Source of the DNA: Bryobacteraceae bacterium
GTDB lineage: Bacteria > Acidobacteriota > Terriglobia > Bryobacterales > Bryobacteraceae
DNA: 29,736 nucleotides
Reading direction: 5' to 3'
NCBI GenBank assembly: GCA_049969115.1
Contig: JBMFPL010000001.1
Location: 1-29,736 of the forward strand
Position numbers and translations under genes: made by a program. Position 1 is the first letter of the stretch; the number at the start of each line of letters is the position of its first letter. Shown in pieces: positions 16,241-24,634 of the stretch. The notes below the pieces were generated by a model that worked only from the letters and a program-made list of their open reading frames with translations, did no database searches and was not told the origin of the DNA.

Positions 16241-17983
16241 CTAAACCGCCTCGAGTTCTTCCTCTAGCAATTGCTTCTGGTAAAGGTCGGCGTAAAAGCC
16301 GCCGGCCACCAGCAGCTCCGCATGGGTTCCCTGCTCGGCTATGCGGCCCGCCTCCAGTACGACGATCCGGTCGGCCTGGCGGACCGTGGAGACACGGTGG
16401 GAGATCACGATCGTGGTTCGCCCGCGCGTCACTGCGGCCAGCCCCGCGAGGATGCGCTCTTCGGTGAGGGTATCCACGCTGGAGAGAGCGTCGTCGAGAA
16501 TCAAGATCTGCGGGTCCCGCAAGATGGCGCGTGCAATAGCCGTCCGCTGTTTCTGCCCACCGGAAAGGGTGAGGCCACGCTCCCCTATGAGGGTTTCGAG
16601 GCCTTGGGGCAAGGAAGCCAGATCAGGGCCTAGCCCGGCTTGCTCGGCAGCCTGGCGAATACGCTCGGGGGTGGCCTGCTCCACGCCGAAGGCAATGTTC
16701 TCAGCCAGGGTGGCGCTGAAGAGTATGGTTTCCTGCGGAACCATGCCAATACGGCGGCGCAGTTCGGCGGGATCGAATTCGCGAAGATCCACCCCTCCCA
16801 GCAACACCTGGCCTTCGTCGGGATCGAGCAGCCGCGGGATGAGCCGAACGAGGGTGCTCTTGCCGCTGCCAGTGCGCCCGACGATGGCGAGGATCTCGCC
16901 CTGGCGAACGATGAGGTTGATGTGGTCCAGAGCGCGCGTACCGTCGTAAAGCACGCTGACTTCGCGGAACTCGATGTCCCCGCCTTCGGGGATCTTTCTG
17001 ATCAGGGCAGGAGCGGCGATGCGGGGCTGCTCGTTCAAGATTTGCCGGATCCGCTGGAGGGAGGCCAGGCCGCGCTGGACGAGATTGACCACCCAGCCCA
17101 AGGCGATCATGGGCCAGGTCAGCATGGCCATGTAGGTGCTGAACATGACGAACGTGCCCAGCGTGATCCGGCCGCTCATGACCTGCAAGCCGCCCACCCC
17201 AAGGACGATCAAGAATGTCAGCCCGACCAGGGCCTGTAGCAGGGGCATGAACAAGCCCGAGACCCGCGCCAAGCGCAAGCTCTGAGCGATGTAATCGCGG
17301 TTGAGGCGTTCGAACTGGGCCAGCTCGGACTCTTCCCGCACGTAAGCCCTGAGGACGCGAATACCCGCCAGCGATTCCTGTACCCTGCTGGTGATGTCGG
17401 AAAACATAGCCTGGAGGCGCTCGAAGCGGGCGTGGATGACGCGACCGAACCAGACCACGGTCAGGCTGACCAGCGGAGCGGGAAGGAGAGCGAGAGCGGT
17501 GAGCCTCCAGTCCACCCATGCCATGACGATCACGGCCAGCACGAAGGTGAGGGAAGTTTCAAAGGAGTACATGAGCCCGGGGCCGAGCATCATGCGCACC
17601 GCGTTCAGATCGTTGGTGGCCCGCGCCATGATGTCGCCGGTGCGCGTGCGGGCGTAGAAGTCGGGGGAGAGGGTGAGCAAGTGGGAAAACAGGTCGTTGC
17701 GCAGGTCGTACTCGATGTCGCGCGAGATTCCGATGAGGATGACACGCATCCAGTACTGGAACAGGCCCTTGACGGCCGCCAAACCGACGAGCAAGCCGCA
17801 GAACTTTAGCAGGGTGGCCAGCTCGAAGCGGGCGCCGATGGAGTCCACGCCGGCGCGGATGAAGAGCGGCAGAGAGGCTGCCAGCAGGTCCTTGGCCGCC
17901 AGCGCTGCGAAACCGTGCACGAAACCGGCGCGGTATCTGGCGAGGTACGGTCTGAGGAATCGCCAGACGTCGCGCACGGTCAC
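16241..17983 (-). CDS. ABC exporter, fused TMD + NBD (MsbA/MdlA-like), 580 aa
   Basis: Six-TM N-half, Walker A 'GRTGSGKST', signature 'LSGGQKQR', Walker B 'ILILDDALS' and H-loop 'ISHR'. Start set at GTG 17983, which forms a GTGA overlap with the upstream stop at 17980. Confidence 0.93.
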   Translation of the reverse strand: MTVRDVWRFLRPYLARYRAGFVHGFAALAAKDLLAASLPLFIRAGVDSIGARFELATLLKFCGLLVGLAAVKGLFQYWMRVILIGISRDIEYDLRNDLFSHLLTLSPDFYARTRTGDIMARATNDLNAVRMMLGPGLMYSFETSLTFVLAVIVMAWVDWRLTALALLPAPLVSLTVVWFGRVIHARFERLQAMFSDITSRVQESLAGIRVLRAYVREESELAQFERLNRDYIAQSLRLARVSGLFMPLLQALVGLTFLIVLGVGGLQVMSGRITLGTFVMFSTYMAMLTWPMIALGWVVNLVQRGLASLQRIRQILNEQPRIAAPALIRKIPEGGDIEFREVSVLYDGTRALDHINLIVRQGEILAIVGRTGSGKSTLVRLIPRLLDPDEGQVLLGGVDLREFDPAELRRRIGMVPQETILFSATLAENIAFGVEQATPERIRQAAEQAGLGPDLASLPQGLETLIGERGLTLSGGQKQRTAIARAILRDPQILILDDALSSVDTLTEERILAGLAAVTRGRTTIVISHRVSTVRQADRIVVLEAGRIAEQGTHAELLVAGGFYADLYQKQLLEEELEAV

Positions 17984-18573
17984 ATCCCCAGTTGCCAGGC
18001 GATGGTTTTCATCCACTCCAACAGGACGGTTTTGCGCCCCTGACGGCTGGTCCACCACGCGGCGGGGAAGTCTTCGTCGGCGGCGGGGACCACGCGGAAT
18101 TCCAGGTCAGGCGCGGACTGGCGGAAACAAGCCAGTGCCCGGCGGGTGTGATAGTCGCTGGTGACAACCAGCACCCGCCTGGCGCCGAGGCGTTTCAGTT
18201 CGGCAGTCACGATCGCCGCCTCCTCTTGAGTTGACCGGGCGCGGTGAGGCAGGCCCTGAAACCAGTGGCGGGGAAAGCCGCGTTTGACGGCGAAATCAAT
18301 AGCGAGGTCGGATTCGGCACGATCGTAAAGGAAGGTTCCGCTGACCAGCACGCGGGGCGCCCATCCTTGCCTGACGAGCTCGGCAGCCTTGAGGATTCGA
18401 TTGCCTTGCCAGCCTCCCGCAAGGACCACGGCGAGGTCTGCGCGGAAGGGCTGATCGGCGTGCACCAGACAGCGGCTGGCCAGGCCAAGCCAGATCGGGT
18501 GAGTCCACAGGACGCCGGCAGCGAGCAGCAGCGGGATCAGCCAGCGGAGGAACCGGGGAAGGCGAGGTCGCAC
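17980..18573 (-). CDS. YdcF/DUF218 (ElyC/SanA-like) family protein
   Basis: N-terminal TM helix, 'ADLAVVLAGG', 'RILKAAELVRQGWAPRVLVSG', 'STQEEA' and 'LVVTSDYHTRRA'. Confidence 0.85.
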   Translation of the reverse strand: MRPRLPRFLRWLIPLLLAAGVLWTHPIWLGLASRCLVHADQPFRADLAVVLAGGWQGNRILKAAELVRQGWAPRVLVSGTFLYDRAESDLAIDFAVKRGFPRHWFQGLPHRARSTQEEAAIVTAELKRLGARRVLVVTSDYHTRRALACFRQSAPDLEFRVVPAADEDFPAAWWTSRQGRKTVLLEWMKTIAWQLGM

Positions 18574-18576
18574 CGC

Positions 18577-19137
18577 TCAGGATTCGTCCTGGGGATTCTT
18601 GGGGTCCAAGCGCCCCACGGTTTTCAAACGGCGGTAAAGCTGCTCGACCTCGGCTTCATCTTCGGGCCTCAGCAGGTGGAATCGGGTCGCGGGCGCGCGC
18701 CGCTCGGGCTTGGGCAATGTGTTCTCGCCCCAGTATTGCCGGTACGGGATGCCGTCAATCAGGGCTTCGCGAGCCATCCGGCGCAGTTGGCGGAGCAATT
18801 GGGTCGCCGATTCCTGGTCACCGGGGTAGATCAGCAAGAAGTGGCTGTGGTCGGCCAAGGTGAGCTGGACGATCAAGGGGGAGAGCCATCCCGTACGGTC
18901 GACGCGCCGGATGTCGGCCCAGCGAATCAATCGCCGCCCGATCACGAGGTGCTTCTCGTGGATCTCGATGGCGGGCTGGAAGGCGAGCAAGAGCAGCAAC
19001 AAGGCGCTCGCCAGCAGCAGCGCAGCGGGGATGAAGGCAGGGGGCCAGTTGACGCCACACCAGGCAGAGAAAGCTGCAAACGCCAGCGCCGCCAGGCCGG
19101 CATTGAGGTATTGACGGGACGGCGTGTAGCGACTCAT
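18577..19137 (-). CDS. Hypothetical membrane protein (2 N-terminal TM helices plus a soluble domain)
   Basis: SD AAGGAG 7-8 nt before ATG 19137 (MSRYTPSRQY). Two hydrophobic helices. First gene of an apparent operon with the DUF218 and ABC genes (3-nt gap, then a 4-nt overlap). Confidence 0.7.
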   Translation of the reverse strand: MSRYTPSRQYLNAGLAALAFAAFSAWCGVNWPPAFIPAALLLASALLLLLLAFQPAIEIHEKHLVIGRRLIRWADIRRVDRTGWLSPLIVQLTLADHSHFLLIYPGDQESATQLLRQLRRMAREALIDGIPYRQYWGENTLPKPERRAPATRFHLLRPEDEAEVEQLYRRLKTVGRLDPKNPQDES

Positions 19138-19160
19138 GCGCTTCTCCTTCCCCACCTTCA

Positions 19161-19189
19161 AGCCTACCCTGCCGGAAGCCCGGCGTCAA
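19161..19189 (-). promoter_or_regulatory. Putative sigma70 promoter of the hypothetical-DUF218-ABC operon
   Basis: Minus strand TTGACG (19189-19184), 17-nt spacer, TAGGCT (19166-19161), ahead of the SD and ATG 19137. Confidence 0.55.
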
Positions 19190-19245
19190 TCGGGTTGTTC
19201 CGTCTGAGCCGCTGCAAGGCAGCCAAAAAGGGGGCCCGGTGCGAG

Positions 19246-19273
19246 TTGACGCGTCGGAGCACAATGTTAAAAT
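19246..19273 (+). promoter_or_regulatory. Putative sigma70 promoter of the cytochrome c7 gene
   Basis: TTGACG (19246-19251), 16-nt spacer, extended -10 TG-T-TAAAAT (19265-19273). SD GGAGG follows before ATG 19325. Confidence 0.6.
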
Positions 19274-19324
19274 GGGCCGGTGGCTGGAACTGCGGCCTTG
19301 CAGCAAAGCTGGGAGGATTTTTGG

Positions 19325-19678
19325 ATGCGTGGAATAGCCAGGGTTCTGATTGCGTTTTGCGTCGCGGTGAGCGTGGGCGCGGTGGCTGCGCAACAACAGA
19401 AAAAGGCTCCGGAGAAACTGGTCTTCGCCGCCAAAGTGGGTAACGTGACCTTCCTGCACGCCAAGCACGTCGAGCGTGAGAAGGGAGATTGTACGGTTTG
19501 CCACGACAAGCTGTGGCCGCAGGATGCCAAGGCCCCGCTGAACTACAAGCAGGGGATGCACAAGCCGGCCGAGGCGAAGAAGACTTCGTGCGCCGCATGC
19601 CACGTAGCGGGCGGGAAGTCCTTTGCCACGACGGGCAACTGCAACAAGTGCCACGCCAAGCCGGGCGCGAAGAGCTGA
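19325..19678 (+). CDS. Periplasmic triheme cytochrome c7 (PpcA-like), 117 aa
   Basis: Signal peptide, 'GNVTFLHAKH', three CxxCH motifs (CTVCH, CAACH, CNKCH) and an extra His in 'GMH'. This gives six His for bis-His ligation, in the c7 order. Lys-rich. SD GGAGGA precedes ATG 19325. Confidence 0.85.
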   Translation: MRGIARVLIAFCVAVSVGAVAAQQQKKAPEKLVFAAKVGNVTFLHAKHVEREKGDCTVCHDKLWPQDAKAPLNYKQGMHKPAEAKKTSCAACHVAGGKSFATTGNCNKCHAKPGAKS

Positions 19679-19744
19679 AGCTGAAGCGGCGGATGGTGCG
19701 CCGGGCGCCGAGTCGGACTTGAGAGTGCGGCGCGGGCGCATTCG

Positions 19745-20641
19745 ATGGCGATTCCGGTTTCGATCGGCATCATCGGCGGCATGGGTCCTTGGGTAGACCC
19801 GTTGCTGCTGGAGAAGTTGCTCGCCTACCAGACGTCGCTCGGCATGCGCAGGGACCAGCAGGCGATCCCCGTGATCCTGGTGGGATTCGCCCCTCTGCTG
19901 GAGGACCGGACCGAGTACTTGGACGCGGTGGCAAGGGGTGGAGCGAGGGAAAATCCAGCGCTGGCCGCGGCAGGGATCATGCGCTTGCTGGTTTCCGCTG
20001 GGGCCCGCGTGATCGGCATCCCGTGCAACACATTTCACGCGCCACCCGTTTTCGCGGTCTTCGAGCGGGAAATCCGGCCCTTACTGGAGGAGGGCGTGCA
20101 CGTGGTTCACATGGTGCGCGCCACCTGCGAACAAATCCCCGCTGCGTGGCCGAAGGCGCGCCGGGTGGGCGTGCTCTCGACCAACGGGACCTATCTGCAT
20201 CGGGTTTACGCGGCGGTGCTGGAGCAGATGGGCCTGGACCCGGTCGCACTGGCCTACGAACACCGGCGGTTTCCCCCGCAAGAGCAGGCTGCGCGGCGGG
20301 ACGCGATCGTCGCGGGCACGGCGATCCCGCTGCAAAACGACGTGCACAACGCCATCGTCAACGAAGAATGGGGGATCAAGTCGGGGCGCGGCGCCGGCGA
20401 AGGCTACCCGCTGCCGCGCGCCGTGCTGCGTTGCGCGGCTGAACAGCTCCGGGCAATGGGCGCGGAAGCAGTGGTGCTGGGATGCACGGAGATCCCGCTC
20501 GCGCTGCGGGGGGAGGATGTTCCCGGCTTGCCCCTGATCGACCCGCTGGATGTGCTGGCGCGCGAGCTGGTGGAGGGCTGGCGGAAGCGGTTCAGTCCTT
20601 CTTGGCCTGCTGCCAGAGAGCTTCCATTTCTTCCAGAGTAG
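19745..20641 (+). CDS. PLP-independent aspartate/glutamate racemase family protein
   Basis: 'IGIIGGMGP', 'IPCNTFH', 'VGVLSTNGT' and 'VLGCTEIPL'. Both catalytic Cys are present. Confidence 0.88.
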   Translation: MAIPVSIGIIGGMGPWVDPLLLEKLLAYQTSLGMRRDQQAIPVILVGFAPLLEDRTEYLDAVARGGARENPALAAAGIMRLLVSAGARVIGIPCNTFHAPPVFAVFEREIRPLLEEGVHVVHMVRATCEQIPAAWPKARRVGVLSTNGTYLHRVYAAVLEQMGLDPVALAYEHRRFPPQEQAARRDAIVAGTAIPLQNDVHNAIVNEEWGIKSGRGAGEGYPLPRAVLRCAAEQLRAMGAEAVVLGCTEIPLALRGEDVPGLPLIDPLDVLARELVEGWRKRFSPSWPAARELPFLPE

Positions 20642-21392
20642 CGTCGGCGGGCGAGCGTCCCTGCCGGCGGAGCCGTTCCTCCACTTGCGCAAAGCGAGCG
20701 CGAAATTTCGCGTTGGTTCGGCGCAGCGCCTGTTCAGGGTCCACGCCCAGGAACCGGGCCACGTTGACGAGGGTGAAAAGCAGGTCGCCGATTTCCTCCT
20801 CCTGGCGGCTGGGAGAAGCGGACTCGCGGGCGGCCGCCAGCTCGGCTATTTCCTCATGAAGCTTCTTCAGAACCTCGTCCGTGTTGCGCCAGTCGAAGCC
20901 GATGGCCGCGACGCGGGAGGCGATCTGGGAAGCCTCGACCAGGGCCGGCAGCGAGCGGGGAACCGAGTCCAGAAGGCCACCCTGCCCACCGCGCTCCCGG
21001 CGCTCGTCCGCCTTGATGCTGTCCCATCGCTGCTTGACTTCCTCGGCTGTGCTGGCGACAACGTCGCCGAACACGTGGGGGTGGCGTCGCACCAGCTTGC
21101 CTGTAATCGCGTTCAGCGCATCCTCGATGTTGAAGAGATCCTGCTCGGCGGCCACCTGCGCCAGGAAGGCCACTTCCAAGAGCAAGTCCCCGAGTTCTTC
21201 CGCCAGGGTAGGCCAGTCGCGGCGATCTATGGCGTCGAGCACCTCGTAAGTTTCCTCAAGCAGGTGAGGCTTGAGGGTGTCGAACGTCTGGCGGCGGTCC
21301 CAAGGGCAACCGTCAGGGGCGCGGAGCCGGGCCATGATCTCCACCAGACGACGGAACAGCTTTCCGGCGCGCTGTGGGTCGGCAAGCGGCAT
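20592..21392 (-). CDS. mazG: Nucleoside triphosphate pyrophosphohydrolase MazG (tandem domain)
   Basis: 'LRAPDGCPWDRRQT', 'EETYEVLDAI', 'EELGDLL', 'KLVRRHPHVFG', 'GFDW' and 'EEEIGDLLF'. Start set at ATG 21392. Confidence 0.95.
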   Translation of the reverse strand: MPLADPQRAGKLFRRLVEIMARLRAPDGCPWDRRQTFDTLKPHLLEETYEVLDAIDRRDWPTLAEELGDLLLEVAFLAQVAAEQDLFNIEDALNAITGKLVRRHPHVFGDVVASTAEEVKQRWDSIKADERRERGGQGGLLDSVPRSLPALVEASQIASRVAAIGFDWRNTDEVLKKLHEEIAELAAARESASPSRQEEEIGDLLFTLVNVARFLGVDPEQALRRTNAKFRARFAQVEERLRRQGRSPADATLEEMEALWQQAKKD

Positions 21393-21481
21393 GATAGGTG
21401 TTAGCCCGACTGAAACAGGGCGAATAACCAATGTAGCATGCGGCCGCCGGCGGCATGGCTCCCGCTAAAATAAGGAATGAT

Positions 21482-21835
21482 ATGGACGAGGAGAGGATCG
21501 AACAGGCTGCGACCGAGTCGCCGCAGGAGGCCGCCGGACAGCAGGAGAAGCCAGTCGAGGAGGAGCTGCCTCTGCCTCCCCCGACCTTCGAATTCCTCAC
21601 CCTGTCTTTACGGATGCAGGCCGAGGCGCACCTGGGCTTGATCGGTTGGGGCGAGGGAGAACGACCCAAGCCTGATTTCCGCCGGGCGCGTCACACGATT
21701 GACTTGATGGCCATGCTGGAGGAAAAGACGCGCGGCAACCTTACTACGGAGGAAAAGCGGCTCCTCGAGAATACCCTCACCGAACTACGCTTCCGCTACG
21801 TCCAGATCCTGGAAGAAAGCCGCAAAAAATCCTGA
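21482..21835 (+). CDS. DUF1844 family protein
   Basis: 'PPPTFEFLTLSL...AR HTIDLMAMLEEKTRGNLTTEEKRLLENTLTELRFRYV' matches my recollection of DUF1844. ATG 21482 preferred over 21455. Confidence 0.8.
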   Translation: MDEERIEQAATESPQEAAGQQEKPVEEELPLPPPTFEFLTLSLRMQAEAHLGLIGWGEGERPKPDFRRARHTIDLMAMLEEKTRGNLTTEEKRLLENTLTELRFRYVQILEESRKKS

Positions 21836-22633
21836 ATGGGCGCATTCGGGCAGAAGCTGAGCATCCTGGTGCTGGGATCTGGCACCAGCGTGGGCGTACC
21901 TACCATCGGCTGCAAGTGCCGGGTGTGCCAGTCGCCGGACCCGCGCGACCGCCGGTTGAGGCCGAGTGTGCTGGTGCGCTACCACGGGCGCCATATTGTG
22001 GTGGACACCACGCCTGATTTTCGCCAACAGGCGCTGCGCGCGGGGCTGGAACGCTTGGACGCGGTTCTGTTCACTCATGCTCACGCCGATCACATTCTCG
22101 GGCTCGACGACATTCGGCCACTCAATTTCCTAATGGGCGGAGCGATTCCCATTTACGGGTCGGAAGAGACATTGGGGACCATTCGCCAGGTTTTCCACTA
22201 CGTGTTCTCGGACTCGCAAAGCGAGTCCTCGATGCCGCGCCTGTCCGTGCACACGCTGGACGGCCGGCCTTTCGAGCTTTTCGGGCTCGAGATCATCCCG
22301 GTTCCGCTCAAGCATGGCAGCGGCCGCGTTTACGGGTTCCGATTCGGGTACGCTGCCTATTTGACGGACCACAGCGAAATCCCCGAGGAATCGCTGGAGC
22401 TGCTGGAAGGGCTGGAGGTGCTGTTTCTCGACGCGTTGAGGCACCGGCCCCATCCCACCCATACCACCGTCGCCCGCGCGCTGGAATACGTCGAACGGCT
22501 CAGGCCCAAGCGAGCGTTTTTCACGCACATCTGTCACGACTTGCCGCACGAGGAGACGGAAAGGGCCCTGCCCGGCCACGTGAGACTGGCCTACGACGGG
22601 CTGGAGATCACGGTGGGAGGTTGCCGGCGATGA
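21836..22633 (+). CDS. Metallo-beta-lactamase fold hydrolase (PhnP-like phosphodiesterase)
   Basis: 'LGSGTSVGVPTIGCKCRVC' (Zn site), 'VDTTPDFRQQ', 'THAHADHILGLDD' (HxHxDH), 'YLTD' and 'FTHICH'. Confidence 0.9.
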   Translation: MGAFGQKLSILVLGSGTSVGVPTIGCKCRVCQSPDPRDRRLRPSVLVRYHGRHIVVDTTPDFRQQALRAGLERLDAVLFTHAHADHILGLDDIRPLNFLMGGAIPIYGSEETLGTIRQVFHYVFSDSQSESSMPRLSVHTLDGRPFELFGLEIIPVPLKHGSGRVYGFRFGYAAYLTDHSEIPEESLELLEGLEVLFLDALRHRPHPTHTTVARALEYVERLRPKRAFFTHICHDLPHEETERALPGHVRLAYDGLEITVGGCRR

Positions 22634-23598
22634 GCAGGGAATTCCGGATCTGCCGCAGCCTGGAGGAGGCGGCCGGCTTCGGCCCGTGCGCACTGACGAT
22701 CGGCAACTTCGATGGCGTGCACGCGGGTCACCGGAGCATCCTGCGGCGCGTGGCTGAGATGGCGCGCGCCCATGGATGGAAGCCGTCGGCGTTGACCTTC
22801 GACCCCCACCCGGCGGTGATCGTAGCGCCGGAGCGGGCCCCGCGCCTGCTGACTACGCCGGAACAGCGGGCGTGGCTGATGTGGGAGGAGGGCATCGAAC
22901 AGGTGCTCATTCTCCCGTTCACCCTCGAGCTTTCCCGGCTGACTCCGGAGAGGTTCGCGCGCGAGATCCTGAAGGAGCGCCTGGATGTGCGCGCCGTGGT
23001 GGTGGGCGAAAATTTCCGTTTCGGCCACCGACACGAAGGCGACGTGCAGCGGTTACAAGAGCTGGGCAACGAGCTCGGCTTTATGACCGAGACACTGCCT
23101 GCGGTGAGGGTGCGCGGGCGAGTGGTTTCCAGCAGCGAAATCCGGCGTCTCATCCAGGCCGGAGCGGTTTCGACCGCGTGCCGCTTGCTGGAGAGGCCAC
23201 ATTGGGTGGAGGGTCCCGTGCAGCCGGGCCGTGGCGAGGGCTCGCGGCGGATCGTTCCCACGCTGAACCTGGCGCCGAACGAACTGCTGCTGCCCGCCGA
23301 GGGGGTCTACATCACTCGCGCCATGGACCCGACAAGCAGGCGGAAATGGCCCGCGGTGACCAATGTGGGGAGGCGGCCCACGTTCGACCTGGAGGAGCTG
23401 GCGGTCGAGACTCACCTGCTGGACTCGGAGGTGTCCTCGCCACCGCCGGCGCTGCGCATCGAGTTCTTGCGCTGGCTGCGCCCGGAAAAGAAGTTCCCGG
23501 ACGCGGGCGCGCTACGGGCGCAGATCATGCGCGACATCCAGCGCGCCCAGGTCTATTTCCGGAGGTTCCGTCACCTGGTCAAAGCGGCCGCGGGCTGA
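22630..23598 (+). CDS. ribF: Bifunctional riboflavin kinase / FMN adenylyltransferase
   Basis: 'IGNFDGVHAGH', 'TFDPHP', 'VVGENFRFG', 'VSSSEIR', 'PTLN', 'NVGRRPTF', 'ETHLLD' and 'LRPEKKF'. ATGA overlap at 22630-22633. Confidence 0.93.
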   Translation: MSREFRICRSLEEAAGFGPCALTIGNFDGVHAGHRSILRRVAEMARAHGWKPSALTFDPHPAVIVAPERAPRLLTTPEQRAWLMWEEGIEQVLILPFTLELSRLTPERFAREILKERLDVRAVVVGENFRFGHRHEGDVQRLQELGNELGFMTETLPAVRVRGRVVSSSEIRRLIQAGAVSTACRLLERPHWVEGPVQPGRGEGSRRIVPTLNLAPNELLLPAEGVYITRAMDPTSRRKWPAVTNVGRRPTFDLEELAVETHLLDSEVSSPPPALRIEFLRWLRPEKKFPDAGALRAQIMRDIQRAQVYFRRFRHLVKAAAG

Positions 23599-23609
23599 TT
23601 CCGCAGGCG

Positions 23610-23618
23610 TGGTAATCT
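23610..23618 (+). promoter_or_regulatory. Possible extended -10 promoter element for the GTPase gene
   Basis: TG-G-TAATCT in the 36-nt intergenic gap. No clear -35. Confidence 0.35.
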
Positions 23619-23634
23619 TGCTGCCGAGAGGGTT

Positions 23635-24579
23635 ATGCCGGCCAACCTGAGCCCGGAATACCTTCAAGCCGAGGAAGAATACCGCCAGGCGCGCACTCCG
23701 GCGGAGAAGATCGCCGCGCTGGAGCGGATGCTGGCCACCATCCCCAAGCACAAGGGGACCGAGAAACTCCAGGCGGATATCAAGCGACGGCTCTCGCAGA
23801 CGCGCAGGGAGGCCCAGCAAAAGAAGGGCGGGGCCCACAGCACGCCGTTCTACCAAGTGGAACGGGAAGGCGCAGGGCAGGTGGCGCTGGTCGGGCCGCC
23901 CAACGCCGGCAAGTCGCAGTTGGTGGCCACGCTGACCAACGCGCGCCCGGAGGTGGCTGACTACCCGTTCACGACCCGCATCCCCACGCCGGGCATGATG
24001 AATTTCGAAGATGTGCAAATCCAACTGGTGGACCTGCCGCCGGTATCGCCCGAGTTCACCGAGCCCTGGCTGCCCCAGGTGCTGCGCTACGCCAATCTCG
24101 GCGTGATGATGGTGGACGTCAACGACCCGGATGTGCTGGAGCACATCGAGTACATCGAGCAGCGGCTGGAGGCCTGGCGGGTCCGCCGTCCGAGCCTGTT
24201 GGTGGCCAACAAGGCAGACCTACCGGGAGCGCGAGAAAACTTTGCCGCCCTCGAGGACCTGTTCGGTGAGCGTTACCGGTGCTTGTTAGTTTCCGCCTTG
24301 ACCGGCGAAGGGCTCGAGGGCTTCACCCGCGCCGTCTTCGACGGGCTGGAGCTGGTGCGCGTCTACACCAAGGCCCCCGGCAAGAAGCCGGACATGACGG
24401 CGCCTTTCGTGGCGCGGCGAGGTGACACGGTGGTGGACGTGGCGCGCATGGTCCACAAGGACTTCGCCGAGAAGCTGAAGTTCGCGCGGCTGTACCGGCT
24501 GGATGGCGACCGGGACGGCATCATGGTGGAGCGCAACTACGTGGTGCAGGACCGGGACATCCTCGAATTTCACATCTGA
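23635..24579 (+). CDS. DRG-like (OBG superfamily) GTP-binding protein with C-terminal TGS domain
   Basis: N-terminal 'IPKHKGTEKLQADIKRRLS', G1 'GPPNAGKS', G2 'DYPFTT', G3 position 'DLPP', G4 'NKAD' and TGS 'RVYTKAPG...HKDFA...V...YVVQDRDILEFH'. Confidence 0.88.
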   Translation: MPANLSPEYLQAEEEYRQARTPAEKIAALERMLATIPKHKGTEKLQADIKRRLSQTRREAQQKKGGAHSTPFYQVEREGAGQVALVGPPNAGKSQLVATLTNARPEVADYPFTTRIPTPGMMNFEDVQIQLVDLPPVSPEFTEPWLPQVLRYANLGVMMVDVNDPDVLEHIEYIEQRLEAWRVRRPSLLVANKADLPGARENFAALEDLFGERYRCLLVSALTGEGLEGFTRAVFDGLELVRVYTKAPGKKPDMTAPFVARRGDTVVDVARMVHKDFAEKLKFARLYRLDGDRDGIMVERNYVVQDRDILEFHI

Positions 24580-24634
24580 AGGGCGCCTGCGGGGCGTGGG
24601 CAGGCGTGTGCTAAAGTGTAAAATTCGTTAGCCC

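Noticed and set aside
19246-19260. FNR box upstream of the cytochrome c7 gene
   Set aside because: Only a TTGAC half-site is present with no ATCAA partner. It is better explained as a -35 hexamer.
18244-20038. Long ORFs 18244-19443 (+) and 18818-20038 (-)
   Set aside because: Each runs across several well-supported genes and their promoters, and the translations are low-complexity shadows.
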